Assembly (NCBI GenBank): GCA_963787755.1
Contig: CAWBEG010000002.1
Coordinates: 351,101 to 415,100, forward strand
Length of the DNA stretch: 64,000 nt
Direction: 5' to 3'
DNA from: Vicinamibacterales bacterium
GTDB lineage: Bacteria > Acidobacteriota > Vicinamibacteria > Vicinamibacterales > JAMQPK01
Positions 11,077 through 21,102 of this stretch are shown here, in pieces. Each line of letters begins with the position of its first letter. Position 1 is the stretch's first letter. Below the pieces are notes generated by a model. The model was not told the origin of the DNA and made no database searches. It worked only from the letters and a program-made list of their open reading frames with translations. Position numbers and translations under genes: made by a program.

Positions 11077-12123
11077 TCAAACGGGAAACTGCTCCAGGAA
11101 ACGGAGGTCGTTCTCATAGAACAGGCGGATGTCGTCGACGCCATATTTCAGAATCGCAATCCGCTCGATGCCCATACCGAACGCGAATCCCGAAATGCGG
11201 TCGGGATCGTACCCGACCGATTCGAACACCGCCGGATGCACCATACCGCTGCCGCCGATCTCGAGCCATCCCGTGCGCTTGCAGATCGGGCAGCCGCTAC
11301 CGTGGCAGAACACGCAGCCGATGAACACCTCCGCACTCGGCTCGGTGTATGGGAAGAAGCTCGGCCGAATCTGCACTTTTGTGTCCGGCTCGAACAGCTC
11401 GTGCGCGAACGCTGTGAGCGTGCCCTTCAGATCGGCCATCGTGATGCCGTCGCCGACGACGAGTCCTTCGACCTGTTGAAACATCGGCGTGTGCGTCAGG
11501 TCGAGGTCGTCGCGGCGGTAGACCTTGCCGGGCACGATGATTCGCACCGGGGGCGGGTGGCTCTCCATGTAGCGGATCTGCATCGGCGAGGTGTGCGTCC
11601 GGAGCAGCGTCGCCGGACGGCCGAGGCCTGCAACCTCGCCCGAGAGATAGAACGTGTCCTGCATGTCGCGCGCAGGATGTTCGGCCGGCATGTTGAGCGC
11701 AGCGAAGTTGTGATAGTCGTCTTCGATTTCCGGTCCTTCGAGCACCTGGTAGCCGAGGCGCGTGAAGATCGCTTCAATCTCTTCGCGAACGATGGTCAGC
11801 GGATGGCGATGCCCAATCTGCGGCGCCCGGCCGGGCAGAGAGATGTCGACGGCGCCCACGGGCGCTTTCGCCGCATCCAGCGCGGCTTTGCGCTCGTTGA
11901 GCAGCTGCTCAATCTCCTGTTTGAGCTCGTTGGCGCCCTTGCCGAGCAACGGCTTGAGGTCGGGTGGCGCCGAAGCCACCGACTTCATCAGCGCGGTGAC
12001 GAGGCCGTTTTTTCTTCCGAGGTATTTGTCGCGGAGCGACTGAAGGTCCGGCGCCGACGAAAGGCGCGCCAAGTCCTCCTGGAACTCGGCGCGCAGTCGG
12101 GTAATGTCGGCGTCGGTCGTCAC
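11077..12123 (-). CDS. pheS: Phenylalanine--tRNA ligase alpha subunit
   Basis: An intact 348-aa ORF with a GTG start. Class II motifs are present (HPARDMQDTFY, FRPSFFPYTEPSAEV, GSGMVHP...GFAFGMGIERI). Confidence 0.95.
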   Translation of the reverse strand: MTTDADITRLRAEFQEDLARLSSAPDLQSLRDKYLGRKNGLVTALMKSVASAPPDLKPLLGKGANELKQEIEQLLNERKAALDAAKAPVGAVDISLPGRAPQIGHRHPLTIVREEIEAIFTRLGYQVLEGPEIEDDYHNFAALNMPAEHPARDMQDTFYLSGEVAGLGRPATLLRTHTSPMQIRYMESHPPPVRIIVPGKVYRRDDLDLTHTPMFQQVEGLVVGDGITMADLKGTLTAFAHELFEPDTKVQIRPSFFPYTEPSAEVFIGCVFCHGSGCPICKRTGWLEIGGSGMVHPAVFESVGYDPDRISGFAFGMGIERIAILKYGVDDIRLFYENDLRFLEQFPV

Positions 12124-12124
12124 A

Positions 12125-12560
12125 TTAGGCGCGGGCTTCGCGGACCTTGACGGTCTTCGCGGGCCGCGCGGCCTTTTCGGCGCGCACCGGCCGCGGCGTG
12201 GCGAGCGGCTTGGCAGCCTTGGCCTGGGCCGCGATCGCGGCGAACGACGCCGGCTCGTTCACGGCGATGTCTGCCAGCACCTTGCGATCGAGCGTGACGC
12301 CCGCAGCCTTGAGGCCCGCCATGAACTGGCCGTAGGTCAGGCCATGCTCGCGAGCGGCGGCGTTGATGCGGACGATCCACAGCGTGCGGAAATCGCGCTT
12401 CTTGCGGCGGCGTCCGACGAACGCATACTTGAGCGCCGTGTCGACCGACTCTTTCGCCGCCCGATACAGCTTGCTCTTGTTCGCGTAATAACCTTTGGCA
12501 CGCGCGAGCAGTTTCTTCCGCTTGGCTCTGCCGTACTGTTCCTCTCTTTACTCTCGGCAT
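12125..12560 (-). CDS. rplT: 50S ribosomal protein L20 with a Lys/Ala/Pro-rich C-terminal extension, frame broken near the 5' end
   Basis: MPRVKRGTV is followed, after a shift near 12530, by ...[28 protein letters not shown]...[22 protein letters not shown]. The tail is [32 protein letters not shown]. Confidence 0.85.
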
Positions 12561-12618
12561 TCGTCCCGCTTCCTGCGCTTCAGCTACCAGCAGCTCTACT
12601 GAACCTACAGCTAACCAG

Positions 12619-12816
12619 CTATTTATACGGCAGCATCCGCGCGAGCTTCGCCGCGTCGGCTTTCGCCACGACCTGCGTGCCGCGCATGTGCCGCTTCCGC
12701 TTCGCCGACTTGCTCGTCAGAATGTGCTGCTTGAAGGCCTTGCTGCGCACGAACTTGCCGCCGGCCGTCTTCTTGAAGCGCTTCGCGGCGCCTCTGTGCG
12801 TTTTGAGTTTTGGCAT
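12619..12816 (-). CDS. rpmI: 50S ribosomal protein L35
   Basis: 65 aa, [34 protein letters not shown]... Confidence 0.95.
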   Translation of the reverse strand: MPKLKTHRGAAKRFKKTAGGKFVRSKAFKQHILTSKSAKRKRHMRGTQVVAKADAAKLARMLPYK

Positions 12817-12873
12817 CGTTTGCTCTTTGCTCTCTGCTCTTTGCTCTCAGCTGTCAGCTCTCTGCTCTCTGCT

Positions 12874-13467
12874 CTATTCCTCGGCCGCCTTCACAGCTGC
12901 CTGACGCGCCGGTGCGCGCCCACCGCCTCCAGAGGGCTTCTTCGCCAGGATCGTGTGCATCTGGTTGCCTTCCTGGCGCGGCATCGTCTCGGCAATCGCG
13001 ACATCAGCGAGTTCATCGCAGAGTCGCTCGAGAATGCGCCGCCCGATCTCGGGATGCGCCATCTCGCGGCCGCGGAAGAAAATCGTGGCCTTGACCTTGT
13101 CGCCGTCAGCGAGGAAGCGCTCGATGTGCTTCTTCTTGAACTGATAGTCGTGCTCGTCGACCTTGGGCCTGAATTTGATTTCCTTGACGTCGATGACCTT
13201 CTGGTGCTTTTTCGCTTCGCGCGCCCGCTTCTGTTCCTGATACTGATACTTGCCGAAATCCATGATCCGGCAGACGGGCGGCACGGCGGTGGGGGAGATC
13301 TCCACCAGGTCCAGCCCTTTTGCCTTCGCGATGACGAGGGCCTGCGGCGGCGGCATGATGCCCAGCTGCTTCCCATCATCATCGATGACCCGAATTTCCC
13401 TGACGCGGATGCGCTCGTTTACCCGAACTCGGTCGTCACGCCGTGGTCCCGATCGATCGAATGCTAT
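12874..13467 (-). CDS. infC: Translation initiation factor IF-3 with a non-canonical ATA start
   Basis: The conserved N-terminus [23 protein letters not shown] lies upstream of the first ATG. The frame is open back to ATA at 13467-13465, preceded by AGGAGG. IF-3 genes classically use AUU or AUA starts for autoregulation. Confidence 0.9.
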   Translation of the reverse strand: MAFDRSGPRRDDRVRVNERIRVREIRVIDDDGKQLGIMPPPQALVIAKAKGLDLVEISPTAVPPVCRIMDFGKYQYQEQKRAREAKKHQKVIDVKEIKFRPKVDEHDYQFKKKHIERFLADGDKVKATIFFRGREMAHPEIGRRILERLCDELADVAIAETMPRQEGNQMHTILAKKPSGGGGRAPARQAAVKAAEE

Positions 13468-13498
13468 AAAACCTCCTGGCGCTGGTAGCGATCAGCTA

Positions 13499-15476
13499 TC
13501 AGCTTTCAGCTATCAGCGTTGGCTGAGAGCCCTTCCTGTTCACTTCCTCGTGCGCAGACGCCACGAATGCGTCCAGCGGCTGCGATCCAAGATCGCCTCC
13601 GGAGCGGCTCCGCACGGACACGGCACCCTCAGCAGCTTCGCGATCGCCTACGACCAGCATGTAGGGAATCTTCTGAAGCTGCGCCTCACGGATCTTATAT
13701 CCAATCTTCTCCTGGCGCTCGTCGACCTGCATCCGGAATCCGGCCTCGGCGAGGCGCTGGCTGACGGCGTGGGCGTACGACTGCATGCCTGTCGGCAATC
13801 GGCAGCACGATGGCCTGCACCGGCGCGAGCCACAACGGAAACGCGCCCGCATAGTGCTCGATGAGGATCGCGATGAACCGCTCGAAGCTGCCGAAGATGG
13901 CCCGATGGATCACGATGGGCAGATGCTCGGCGTTGTCTGCGCCGATGTACTTGAGGCCAAAGCGCGCCGGCATCTGATAATCGAGCTGAATCGTCGCGCA
14001 CTGCCACTTTCGCCCGATCGCGTCGGTGACATCGAAGTCGATCTTCGGACCGTAAAACGCGCCGTCGCCTTCGTTGAGCGTGTAGGGCTGTGCCGCTTTC
14101 TCGAGTGCCGCCTTGAGCTGCGATTCCGCAGAGTCCCACGTCGCGGCCTCGCCGAGAAACTCGGGCGGTCGAGTGGCCAGCTTTGCTTCGAACTGCAGCC
14201 CGAAGTCGCCATAGATGCGCTGCACGAGACCCAGCAGCCGAACGACCTCTTCGGCAATCTGGTCCTGCGCGACAAAACAGTGCGCGTCGTCCTGACTGAG
14301 CTGCCGCACCCGCACGAGACCAGAAAGTGTCCCCGATACTTCGTTGCGATGCAGCGGCGTCTGCTCGTGAAAGCGGAGCGGAAGGTCGCGATAGCTTCGC
14401 ACTTCGCTCGCGAACAGCAGCATGTGTCCGGGGCAGTTCATCGCCTTCAGCGCGAGCTGCTCGGCTTCGGGATTCGCCTTGCCCTGGTCGTCGTGATGCT
14501 CGATCAGAAACATGTTCTGACGGTAATGCGACCAGTGCCCCGACGTTTCCCAGAGCGCCTTATTGAACACGAGCGGCGTCTTCACTTCGACATAGCCCGA
14601 CGGAAACAGGATGCCGCGCATGTAGTTCGCCAGCAGGTTGTACAGCGTCGTCCCCTTGTCGAGCCAGAACGTCGCACCCGGCGCCCACTGATGAAACATG
14701 AACAGGCCAAGGTCGCGGCCGAGCTTCCGGTGATCGCGCTTCTTGGCTTCTTCGATCTGCGTGAGGTACGCCTGCAGCTCTTTGTCGCTGAAGAACGCCG
14801 TGCCATAGACGCGCTGCATCGGCTGATTGCGCGCGTCGCCTTTCCAATACGCGTTCGACGTGTTCAGCAGCTTGAACGCCTTCAGCCTGCCGCTCGTCGG
14901 CACGTGCGGGCCTACACAGAAATCGACGAACAGGTCGCGATCCTTGATCGTGTAGACGGACACGTCCTTCTGGCCCTCGGTTTTTTCTTCGATGAGCTGC
15001 ACCTTCAGTGGCTCGCCCCGCTCGCGGAAGAACCGGATGGCCTCGTCGCGCGGCCACATCTGACGCTCATAGATGAAGTCGCCGCTGGCAATCTCCTTCA
15101 TCTTCTTCTCGATGGCTTCGAGGTCTTCGGGCACGAACGGCTGTGGAACGACGAAATCGTAGAAGAACCCCTCATCAGTTGGGGGGCCGATGCCGCACTG
15201 CACCGAGGGGAACAGCTGCGTCACCGCGGCCGCCAGCAGATGCGCCGTGCTGTGACGATAGACGGTCAAGGCTTCAGGATCCTTGTTCGTGAGAATCCGG
15301 ACCTTCGCGTCCTCCTGCAGCGGATACGTCAGATCGACGACGCGGTCGTTGACCATTCCGGCGTATGCTGCCTGCGCGAGGCGAGGCGATATCGACGCGG
15401 CGATATCGCCGACGGTTGTCGCGCTCGGGACGCTGCGTGTCGACCCGTCGGGGAGGGTGATGGTGAGCTGGGACAA
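13499..15476 (-). CDS. thrS: Threonine--tRNA ligase, frame broken
   Basis: TTG start at 15476. The TGS domain (ITLPDGS), the editing domain and the class II core are present, and the anticodon-binding domain is in ORF 13499..13852. The frame changes near 13795-13850. Confidence 0.9.
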
Positions 15477-15532
15477 ATGGAAGCTGGAATCTAAAATCTA
15501 GAATCTAAAATCTAAAACTACAATCTAAAAAC

Positions 15533-15608
15533 TGGTAGGCGCGGGTGGAATCGAACCACTGACCTCCTGCGTGTCAAGCAGGCGCTCTAACCGCTGAGCT
15601 ACGCGCCT
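15533..15608 (-). tRNA. tRNA-Val (anticodon GAC), CCA encoded
   Basis: Manual cloverleaf: acceptor AGGCGCG/CGCGCCT, D stem GCTC/GAGC, anticodon stem CCTGC/GCAGG with loop TTGACAC, T loop TTCGATT. The T stem has one A-C mismatch at positions 49-65. Confidence 0.85.
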
Positions 15609-15699
15609 ATACGTCAACACATAGGCAACAACAGAACGAAAAATTATAACAGATTGCGCCGCTTGCGCCGCCTACGCCTGCGGCTTCGGCGCGGCAAGC

Positions 15700-15972
15700 C
15701 TACCTGACCGCGCCTTTGAGGGCTTTCCCTGCGGTGAAGCGCACTACGCGGCGCTTGGGAATCTTGATGGCGTCGCCCGTTCGCGGGTTCCTGGCCACCC
15801 GAGCACGCCGCTGGGTCGTCTTAAACGTGCCGAAGCCGACGAACGTGATCGCGTCGCCCTTCTTGAGTGCCTTCTTGATGGTCTCCAGCAGCGAATCGAC
15901 CGCCGCCCCAGCGCTGCTCTTGGTCACACCCGTATCTCGGGCGATTTGTGCGATCAGATCGCGCTTGTTCAT
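15700..15972 (-). CDS. hup: HU family DNA-binding protein
   Basis: 90 aa, MNKRDLIAQIA...FVGFGTFKTTQRRARVARNPRTGDAIKIPKRRVVRFTAGKALK. Confidence 0.9.
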   Translation of the reverse strand: MNKRDLIAQIARDTGVTKSSAGAAVDSLLETIKKALKKGDAITFVGFGTFKTTQRRARVARNPRTGDAIKIPKRRVVRFTAGKALKGAVR

Positions 15973-16001
15973 CAGATCTCCATGGTCCGGCTAAGCCGGA
16001 C

Positions 16002-17190
16002 CTAGGCGGCTTTCTTGGTACTGAGTTTTTCGATGGCGCGCTGCAGAATCGTATCAGCGGGCGCGGGGCCACCGAAATCCCCTTCAGGCTGATCGACAAC
16101 CACGTCGGGCTCGAGGCCCTTCGCCTGGAGCTGCGCGCCGGCAGGCGTGAGATAGCGAGTCGACGTTATCCAGAGCGCGCTGCCGTCCGGCAGCTTCACG
16201 AACTCCTGTACTCCGGTCCGGCCGACTGTTCGCTCGCCGATGAGCTCGGCGCGCTTGTTCCCGGCGAGCGCCGCGGCAAACACCTCCGCCGGACCAGAAG
16301 TGCCGGAGTCGACGAGCAGGCTCACAGGCACTGTGATCGAGCCGTCACCTTTCTCAGCGGCAATCTTCACCTGCCCGTTCGAGCGCGATTCCCGAACGGA
16401 GATGGTGCCCGAGCTGATGAACAACCGGGCCGCGGCGATGCCCTCGGCGAGATCGCCGCCCGCGCTGTTTCGCACGTCGATGATCAACCGGGTCGCTCCG
16501 CCCTTGGTGAGCGACGCGATCTGCGAGCGCACCTGCTCAGCGGTGCGACGGCCGAACGATGCGATGCGCACGTACCCGATACCGTCGCCCTGCTGACGGC
16601 TCTTCACGTCGACCGTCGGCGCCGCCTCGCGCGTGAGCTCGACGATGTGCGGTTCGGCTGTGCTGCCTCCGCGAATGATCGGTGAGCCTCGCCTTCGAGC
16701 CGGCTGAGCCGGCGAGCAGACGCTGTCCCTCGAGCGCCGACATATCGCGCGTGGGTCGCGAATCGAGCAGACGGACGAAGTCGCCTGGACGAATACCGGC
16801 CTTTGCGGCGGGTGAGTCGTCGCGGGTCGCGACGACACGCAGGTAGTACTGGTGTGTCAGCGTAATTCCAACGTCGGCTGAAGCCGCCTGTTCGCCGCTC
16901 TCGAATTGCCGGACCTGCGCCTGCGTCAGATAGGCGCTGTCCGAGTCGAGCCCCTCGGCGAGGCCGCGCATGGCGCCGCGCATGACGCCTTCCATGTTCG
17001 GCTGCTCGACGTAGTTGCTCATGATGAGCGAAACGACATCGTTGAACACCCGCAGGTTCGCGTAGGTTTCGTCGGCACGCGCCATCGCGTGCCCGAGGAG
17101 ACCGCCGATGACGGTGAAGGCGATGACCGGCGCGGAGACGAGAATGGCGATGAAGCGCGTGCGTGAAGTCATGGTGTTTTCTTCAGCCAT
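16002..17190 (-). CDS. ctpA: Carboxy-terminal processing protease (S41), frame broken
   Basis: An N-terminal TM helix and a PDZ domain (GIRPGDFVRLLD) are followed by the S41 core (IIDVRNSAGGDL, LVDSGTSGPAEVFAAAL). ORFs 16537..17190 and 16002..16838 join near 16680. Confidence 0.8.
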
Positions 17191-18347
17191 TCTAGCGGAT
17201 CGACCGCCTTGCCGTCGACGCGCATCTCGAAATACATGCCTGGAATTCCGGCAAGGATGCGACCGGCGGTGCCCACCGCCTGTCCGCGTTCCACTCTCGC
17301 GCCGCCCTCGACCTGCGGCGCGCCCAGCTGTCCGTATAACGAAAATGTCTGCGCGCCGTGATCGACGATAACGAGGTTCCCGTACCCGGTAAAGGGCCCG
17401 GCAAACGCCACGGTACCGTCATGCACCGCGCGGACAGACGATCCTTCCTCGACCGCGAACTGGACGCCTGTCTGTGCCGGTGCGCGCGACACGCTGGCGC
17501 CGCCCTGCCCGAACGGCGTCAGCATTCGTCCGGCGACCGGCCAGTCGAGAACGCCGCGGAACGGGCGAATTGGCAGCGTCGATACATCCGCCGCCGCCCG
17601 CGGAGCGCCCGAATTCATGGCCGCGAGCGTCTGCTGCAATTTCAATTGGGCGGCCTGCAGCTCGCTGGCGAGCTCGGCGGTGAGATCGCGGCGGCGATCG
17701 ATGTCGAGGATGAGCTGCGCGCGCGAGTGCGCGGCGCGCTCTGCAGCGATCCGCGCGGCGGCGGCGGCCTGCCGCAGTTTGGCCATTTCCGCCCGCCGCG
17801 CCTCGAGCGCGCCATACGCCGCGCGCAAGCGGACGAGATTCTGCCGATGCTGCTCGGCGCGATGACGATCAATCGCGGCAACGGCGGCAACCATGCGATA
17901 CGCACGGCCGACCTCCTTGAGATCGGAGACATTGAAGAGCAGGCGTACGTAGCCGGCACTTCCCAGCTTGTACAGCTCGACCATGCGCGCTTCGAGGAGC
18001 GGACGTTCCGACTCGGTTTGTTCCTCGAGCTCCGCAATCTCATTGCCGGTATTGCCCAGCTCGCGGCCGACCTTCTGCGCGTCCGCTTCAATCCGTCTGA
18101 GCTGCTCCGTCCTCAGATCGCGCTCGACTTCGAAACGCCGAAGATCGCCGAGCAACGAGCGCTGCTGCCTCGCGAGCGCATCGGCCTCGCGTTGCAGTGC
18201 GATGAGCCGTTCGTTTGCTCGCCTGGCTTGCGACTCCGTCCGCGCGCGATCGGGCGTCTGCGCGGCGATCGTGGCTGCCGCGCCCACGATGACGAGCGCG
18301 CACGTCCATGGGCCATAGGCCGGGGGCCATCGGCGATGACCTGTCAT
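17169..18347 (-). CDS. EnvC-like murein hydrolase activator, coiled coil plus M23 peptidase domain
   Basis: 392 aa with a long coiled coil and a C-terminal LytM/M23 domain (VHDGTVAFAGPFTGYGNLVIVDHG...YFEMRVDGKAVDP). Confidence 0.8.
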   Translation of the reverse strand: MTGHRRWPPAYGPWTCALVIVGAAATIAAQTPDRARTESQARRANERLIALQREADALARQQRSLLGDLRRFEVERDLRTEQLRRIEADAQKVGRELGNTGNEIAELEEQTESERPLLEARMVELYKLGSAGYVRLLFNVSDLKEVGRAYRMVAAVAAIDRHRAEQHRQNLVRLRAAYGALEARRAEMAKLRQAAAAARIAAERAAHSRAQLILDIDRRRDLTAELASELQAAQLKLQQTLAAMNSGAPRAAADVSTLPIRPFRGVLDWPVAGRMLTPFGQGGASVSRAPAQTGVQFAVEEGSSVRAVHDGTVAFAGPFTGYGNLVIVDHGAQTFSLYGQLGAPQVEGGARVERGQAVGTAGRILAGIPGMYFEMRVDGKAVDPLEWLKKTP

Positions 18348-18530
18348 GGTCGGTGCTTAGTCGCGATTGAAATATCCAAGGTCACCCATGATTGCGGCAT
18401 GTCATTCTATCGGCTCTGACCGACCCTCGACCAGCAACTGGCGGCCATGACCGACCATCGACCTTGGACTATGGCCCGCCTGCGCGCTGCGCGCTTCGGC
18501 GCGGCGGGCCCGCGATGCTACTCTCGTGGA

Positions 18531-19013
18531 GTGCGCGTGGTTGGCATCGACTTCGGAGAGCGGCGCATCGGCGTGGCCGTGAGCGACGCGTCCGGCACAC
18601 TTGCGCGCCCGCTCAAGACCATCGAGCGCGGGATATCCGATGCCGACGCGGTGGAGCGGCTCCACGCGATGATTGCGGACCTCACGGACGAGGACGAAGT
18701 CGGCTCGGTCGTCGTTGGCCTGCCGACGCGGCTCGACGGATCGCCCAATACGCAGACGGAGCGCATCGGCACGATGGTGGCGCTGCTCTCGGCCCGCCTC
18801 GCAGTGCCGGTATTCACGTACGATGAGCGGCTGTCGAGCCGTGAGGCCGAGGAGCGGTTATCGATCCGCGAGAAGGACTGGCGGAAGCGGAAGGCAAAGC
18901 TCGACGCGGCGGCCGCCGCGGTGATCCTGCAGGATTACCTCGATGCCCGACCGCCTGACGCGAGGGCAGAGGGCAGGAGAGCAGAGGGCAGGAAGACGGC
19001 GAAGGGGACACAG
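18531..19013 (+). CDS. ruvX: RuvX/YqgF-like putative pre-16S rRNA nuclease; no stop codon before mltG
   Basis: A GTG start gives VRVVGIDFGERRIGVAVSD...VVVGLPTRLDGS...AAAVILQDYLD. The frame continues through a CAGAGGG word element into mltG, forming a single ORF 18447..20057. Confidence 0.7.
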
Positions 19014-20057
19014 ATGAAGCGCGCATTCCTGTTTCTGCTGGCGCTAACTGTCATCGCCGCTCTTGGCGTGGCCTGGACGCTCTACAAACGAACGAGCGAA
19101 CCGTTCAAGGGATACGACGGAGCCGAGCAGTTCGTCACGATCGAGCCGGGCAGCGGCACGCGGACGATCGGTCAACGCCTCATTGACGCCGGCGTCATCC
19201 GCAACGACGCGACATTTCGTGCCGCGTTGTGGCGAAGCGGGCGCGCGCGCAGCCTGCAGGCCGGGGAATTTCGCTTCGACCGGCCAATGACGCCCATCGA
19301 CGTCATCGACAAGATCGCGCGCGGCGACGTCTACAACCGGCGCATCACGTTTCCGGAGGGGCTCAACATCCGGGAGATGGCGCGCATCTACGAGCAGCAG
19401 GGGTTCGGCAAGGCGGCGGCCTTCGCGGAGGCGGCGCGCGACACGGGCGCGATTCGCGACATCGACTCCGCCGCGACCGATCTCGAAGGTTATCTCTTTC
19501 CGGAAACGTACTCTGTGCCGCGCGATACAACAGCCGCGACACTTGTCGGCCTCATGGTTGCGCGATTCCGGCAGCTGTTCACCGCACAAATGCAGCAGGC
19601 GGCGCAGGCGCTCGAGCTGACGCCGCGCCAGGCCGTGACGCTCGCGTCGCTCGTCGAGAAAGAAACGGCGCAGCCCGCCGAGCGCCCGATCGTTGCCGCG
19701 GTGTATCTGAACCGGCTGAAGATCGGCATGGGCATGCAAGCCGATCCAACGGTGATCTACGCGCTCCAACGCGCCGGGCGCTACGACGGCAATCTCCGCC
19801 GCGAGGATCTGTCCTTCGATTCGCCGTATAACACCTACCGGTACGCGGGGCTGCCTCCCGGGCCGATCGCCTCGCCGGGGCTCGCCTCGCTGCAGGCCGC
19901 GGTTGCACCGGCAGCAGTCGATTATCTGTACTTCGTCAGCCGCAACGACGGGTCGCATGTCTTCGCACGCACGCTCCCCGAGCACAACGAGAACGTCCGG
20001 CAATATCAGGTGCTGTATTTCCGGGAGCAGCGCGCCAAAGAGAAAGCCGGTAGGTAG
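19014..20057 (+). CDS. mltG: Endolytic murein transglycosylase MltG (YceG family)
   Basis: MKRAFLFLLALTVIAALGV TM anchor. YceG motifs are present (ITFPEGLNIREMA, EGYLFPETY, ASLVEKE, DPTVIYAL, YNTYRYAGLPPGPIASPG). Confidence 0.85.
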   Translation: MKRAFLFLLALTVIAALGVAWTLYKRTSEPFKGYDGAEQFVTIEPGSGTRTIGQRLIDAGVIRNDATFRAALWRSGRARSLQAGEFRFDRPMTPIDVIDKIARGDVYNRRITFPEGLNIREMARIYEQQGFGKAAAFAEAARDTGAIRDIDSAATDLEGYLFPETYSVPRDTTAATLVGLMVARFRQLFTAQMQQAAQALELTPRQAVTLASLVEKETAQPAERPIVAAVYLNRLKIGMGMQADPTVIYALQRAGRYDGNLRREDLSFDSPYNTYRYAGLPPGPIASPGLASLQAAVAPAAVDYLYFVSRNDGSHVFARTLPEHNENVRQYQVLYFREQRAKEKAGR

Positions 20058-20078
20058 CTGCTAGCTACCAGCTACCAG

Positions 20079-20366
20079 CTAGTGAAGGCGCGCGTCGGTC
20101 TTACGGGTGCGTTCAGTGCGGAACGGATGACTCGGCGTGTCGCGGCCGGGGCGAACCCAGCCGTCGAGCTTGAGCCAATGCTCGAGCGCGCGGCGGCGCC
20201 TCATGAGTTCGGACGCGTCATCGGATAGCTCGACGTGGATGCGGCCGTCGCTCGACGTCCACACGAGCTCGTAGCCAGAGCCCGAGGCCGCCTGCCGAAT
20301 CTCACACTGAAGCCGTTCGCCGGGCCGCTCGAAGAACCAAATCATTTCGACCGTGCATATCGGCAT
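20079..20366 (-). CDS. Hypothetical small protein
   Basis: A 95-aa ORF with non-shadow composition. No recognisable motif. Confidence 0.4.
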   Translation of the reverse strand: MPICTVEMIWFFERPGERLQCEIRQAASGSGYELVWTSSDGRIHVELSDDASELMRRRRALEHWLKLDGWVRPGRDTPSHPFRTERTRKTDARLH

Positions 20367-20387
20367 GTCCTGAATGTCCTGCAGACC

Positions 20388-21047
20388 TTACAGATATTTT
20401 CCAACGAACCGTTCCGACAGATTCGCGGCGATGATGCCGAAGCCGAGGACCCACACCATCCAGGCGTCAACGGCGATTAGCCCCCACGCGCTGCAGGCGA
20501 GCATGGCAGCTGCCAAAAAGTAAACCGGCGCAGAAATGATCGAATGCGTACGATGCGATCGCACCGCGTTGGCAGTGAAGAAGCATGCCCACATGAGCAG
20601 AACAGCAACCGCCAGCCAGGCGCGCATGATTGGAAACAAGGAGAACGGGACCAGGGCACAGAGGGTAACTGCGATGGTGAGCCAGAACACGGAGGTGCCC
20701 ACGAGGTCCAGCCCGCGTCCGCGCGCCACTGCCCGCCAGGGACGATGCGTTCCATCAGTGCGGATAACCTGCCTGCTTCTAAGGCACTTTTCAGATTTTG
20801 TGTAGCGATGTGGACAGGCTGCTGTAAAAACCGTACCCTGTGCGAACACTGTGCGGAAGAGCGTGAAGGCCGCAAACCGGAGTCCCTCGGCGTGAAATTG
20901 GGTAATCGCGACCTCCAGACGGTCGCACTGCTCCAGCGCGCGTGCGGCGGGAGGCGTTTGGGCCTCATTTTTCAGAGCCGAGCGCACAGCGCTCAGCTTG
21001 TCGAGAACAGCGGCTTTGTTGGCGTCATTTTTGTTAGTGATTGTCAT
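20388..21047 (-). CDS. Hypothetical membrane protein (soluble N-terminal part plus about 4 TM helices)
   Basis: A 219-aa ORF whose C-terminal half has four hydrophobic helices. It is divergent from the TetR gene. Confidence 0.45.
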   Translation of the reverse strand: MTITNKNDANKAAVLDKLSAVRSALKNEAQTPPAARALEQCDRLEVAITQFHAEGLRFAAFTLFRTVFAQGTVFTAACPHRYTKSEKCLRSRQVIRTDGTHRPWRAVARGRGLDLVGTSVFWLTIAVTLCALVPFSLFPIMRAWLAVAVLLMWACFFTANAVRSHRTHSIISAPVYFLAAAMLACSAWGLIAVDAWMVWVLGFGIIAANLSERFVGKYL

Positions 21048-21102
21048 GTCGGAAGCGGCGAAATCCTAGCACGTTGTGTTCGATTCCTGGGCAAGGGGTG
21101 AC

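Noticed and set aside
13785-15494. Long ORFs antisense to conserved genes (this one, plus 6338..7633, 26841..28175, 355..909, 1180..1890, 48507..49700 and others).
   Set aside because: These are typical high-GC shadow ORFs. They are Arg/Pro/Ala-rich with no motifs, and each is fully overlapped by a gene with strong family signatures on the other strand.
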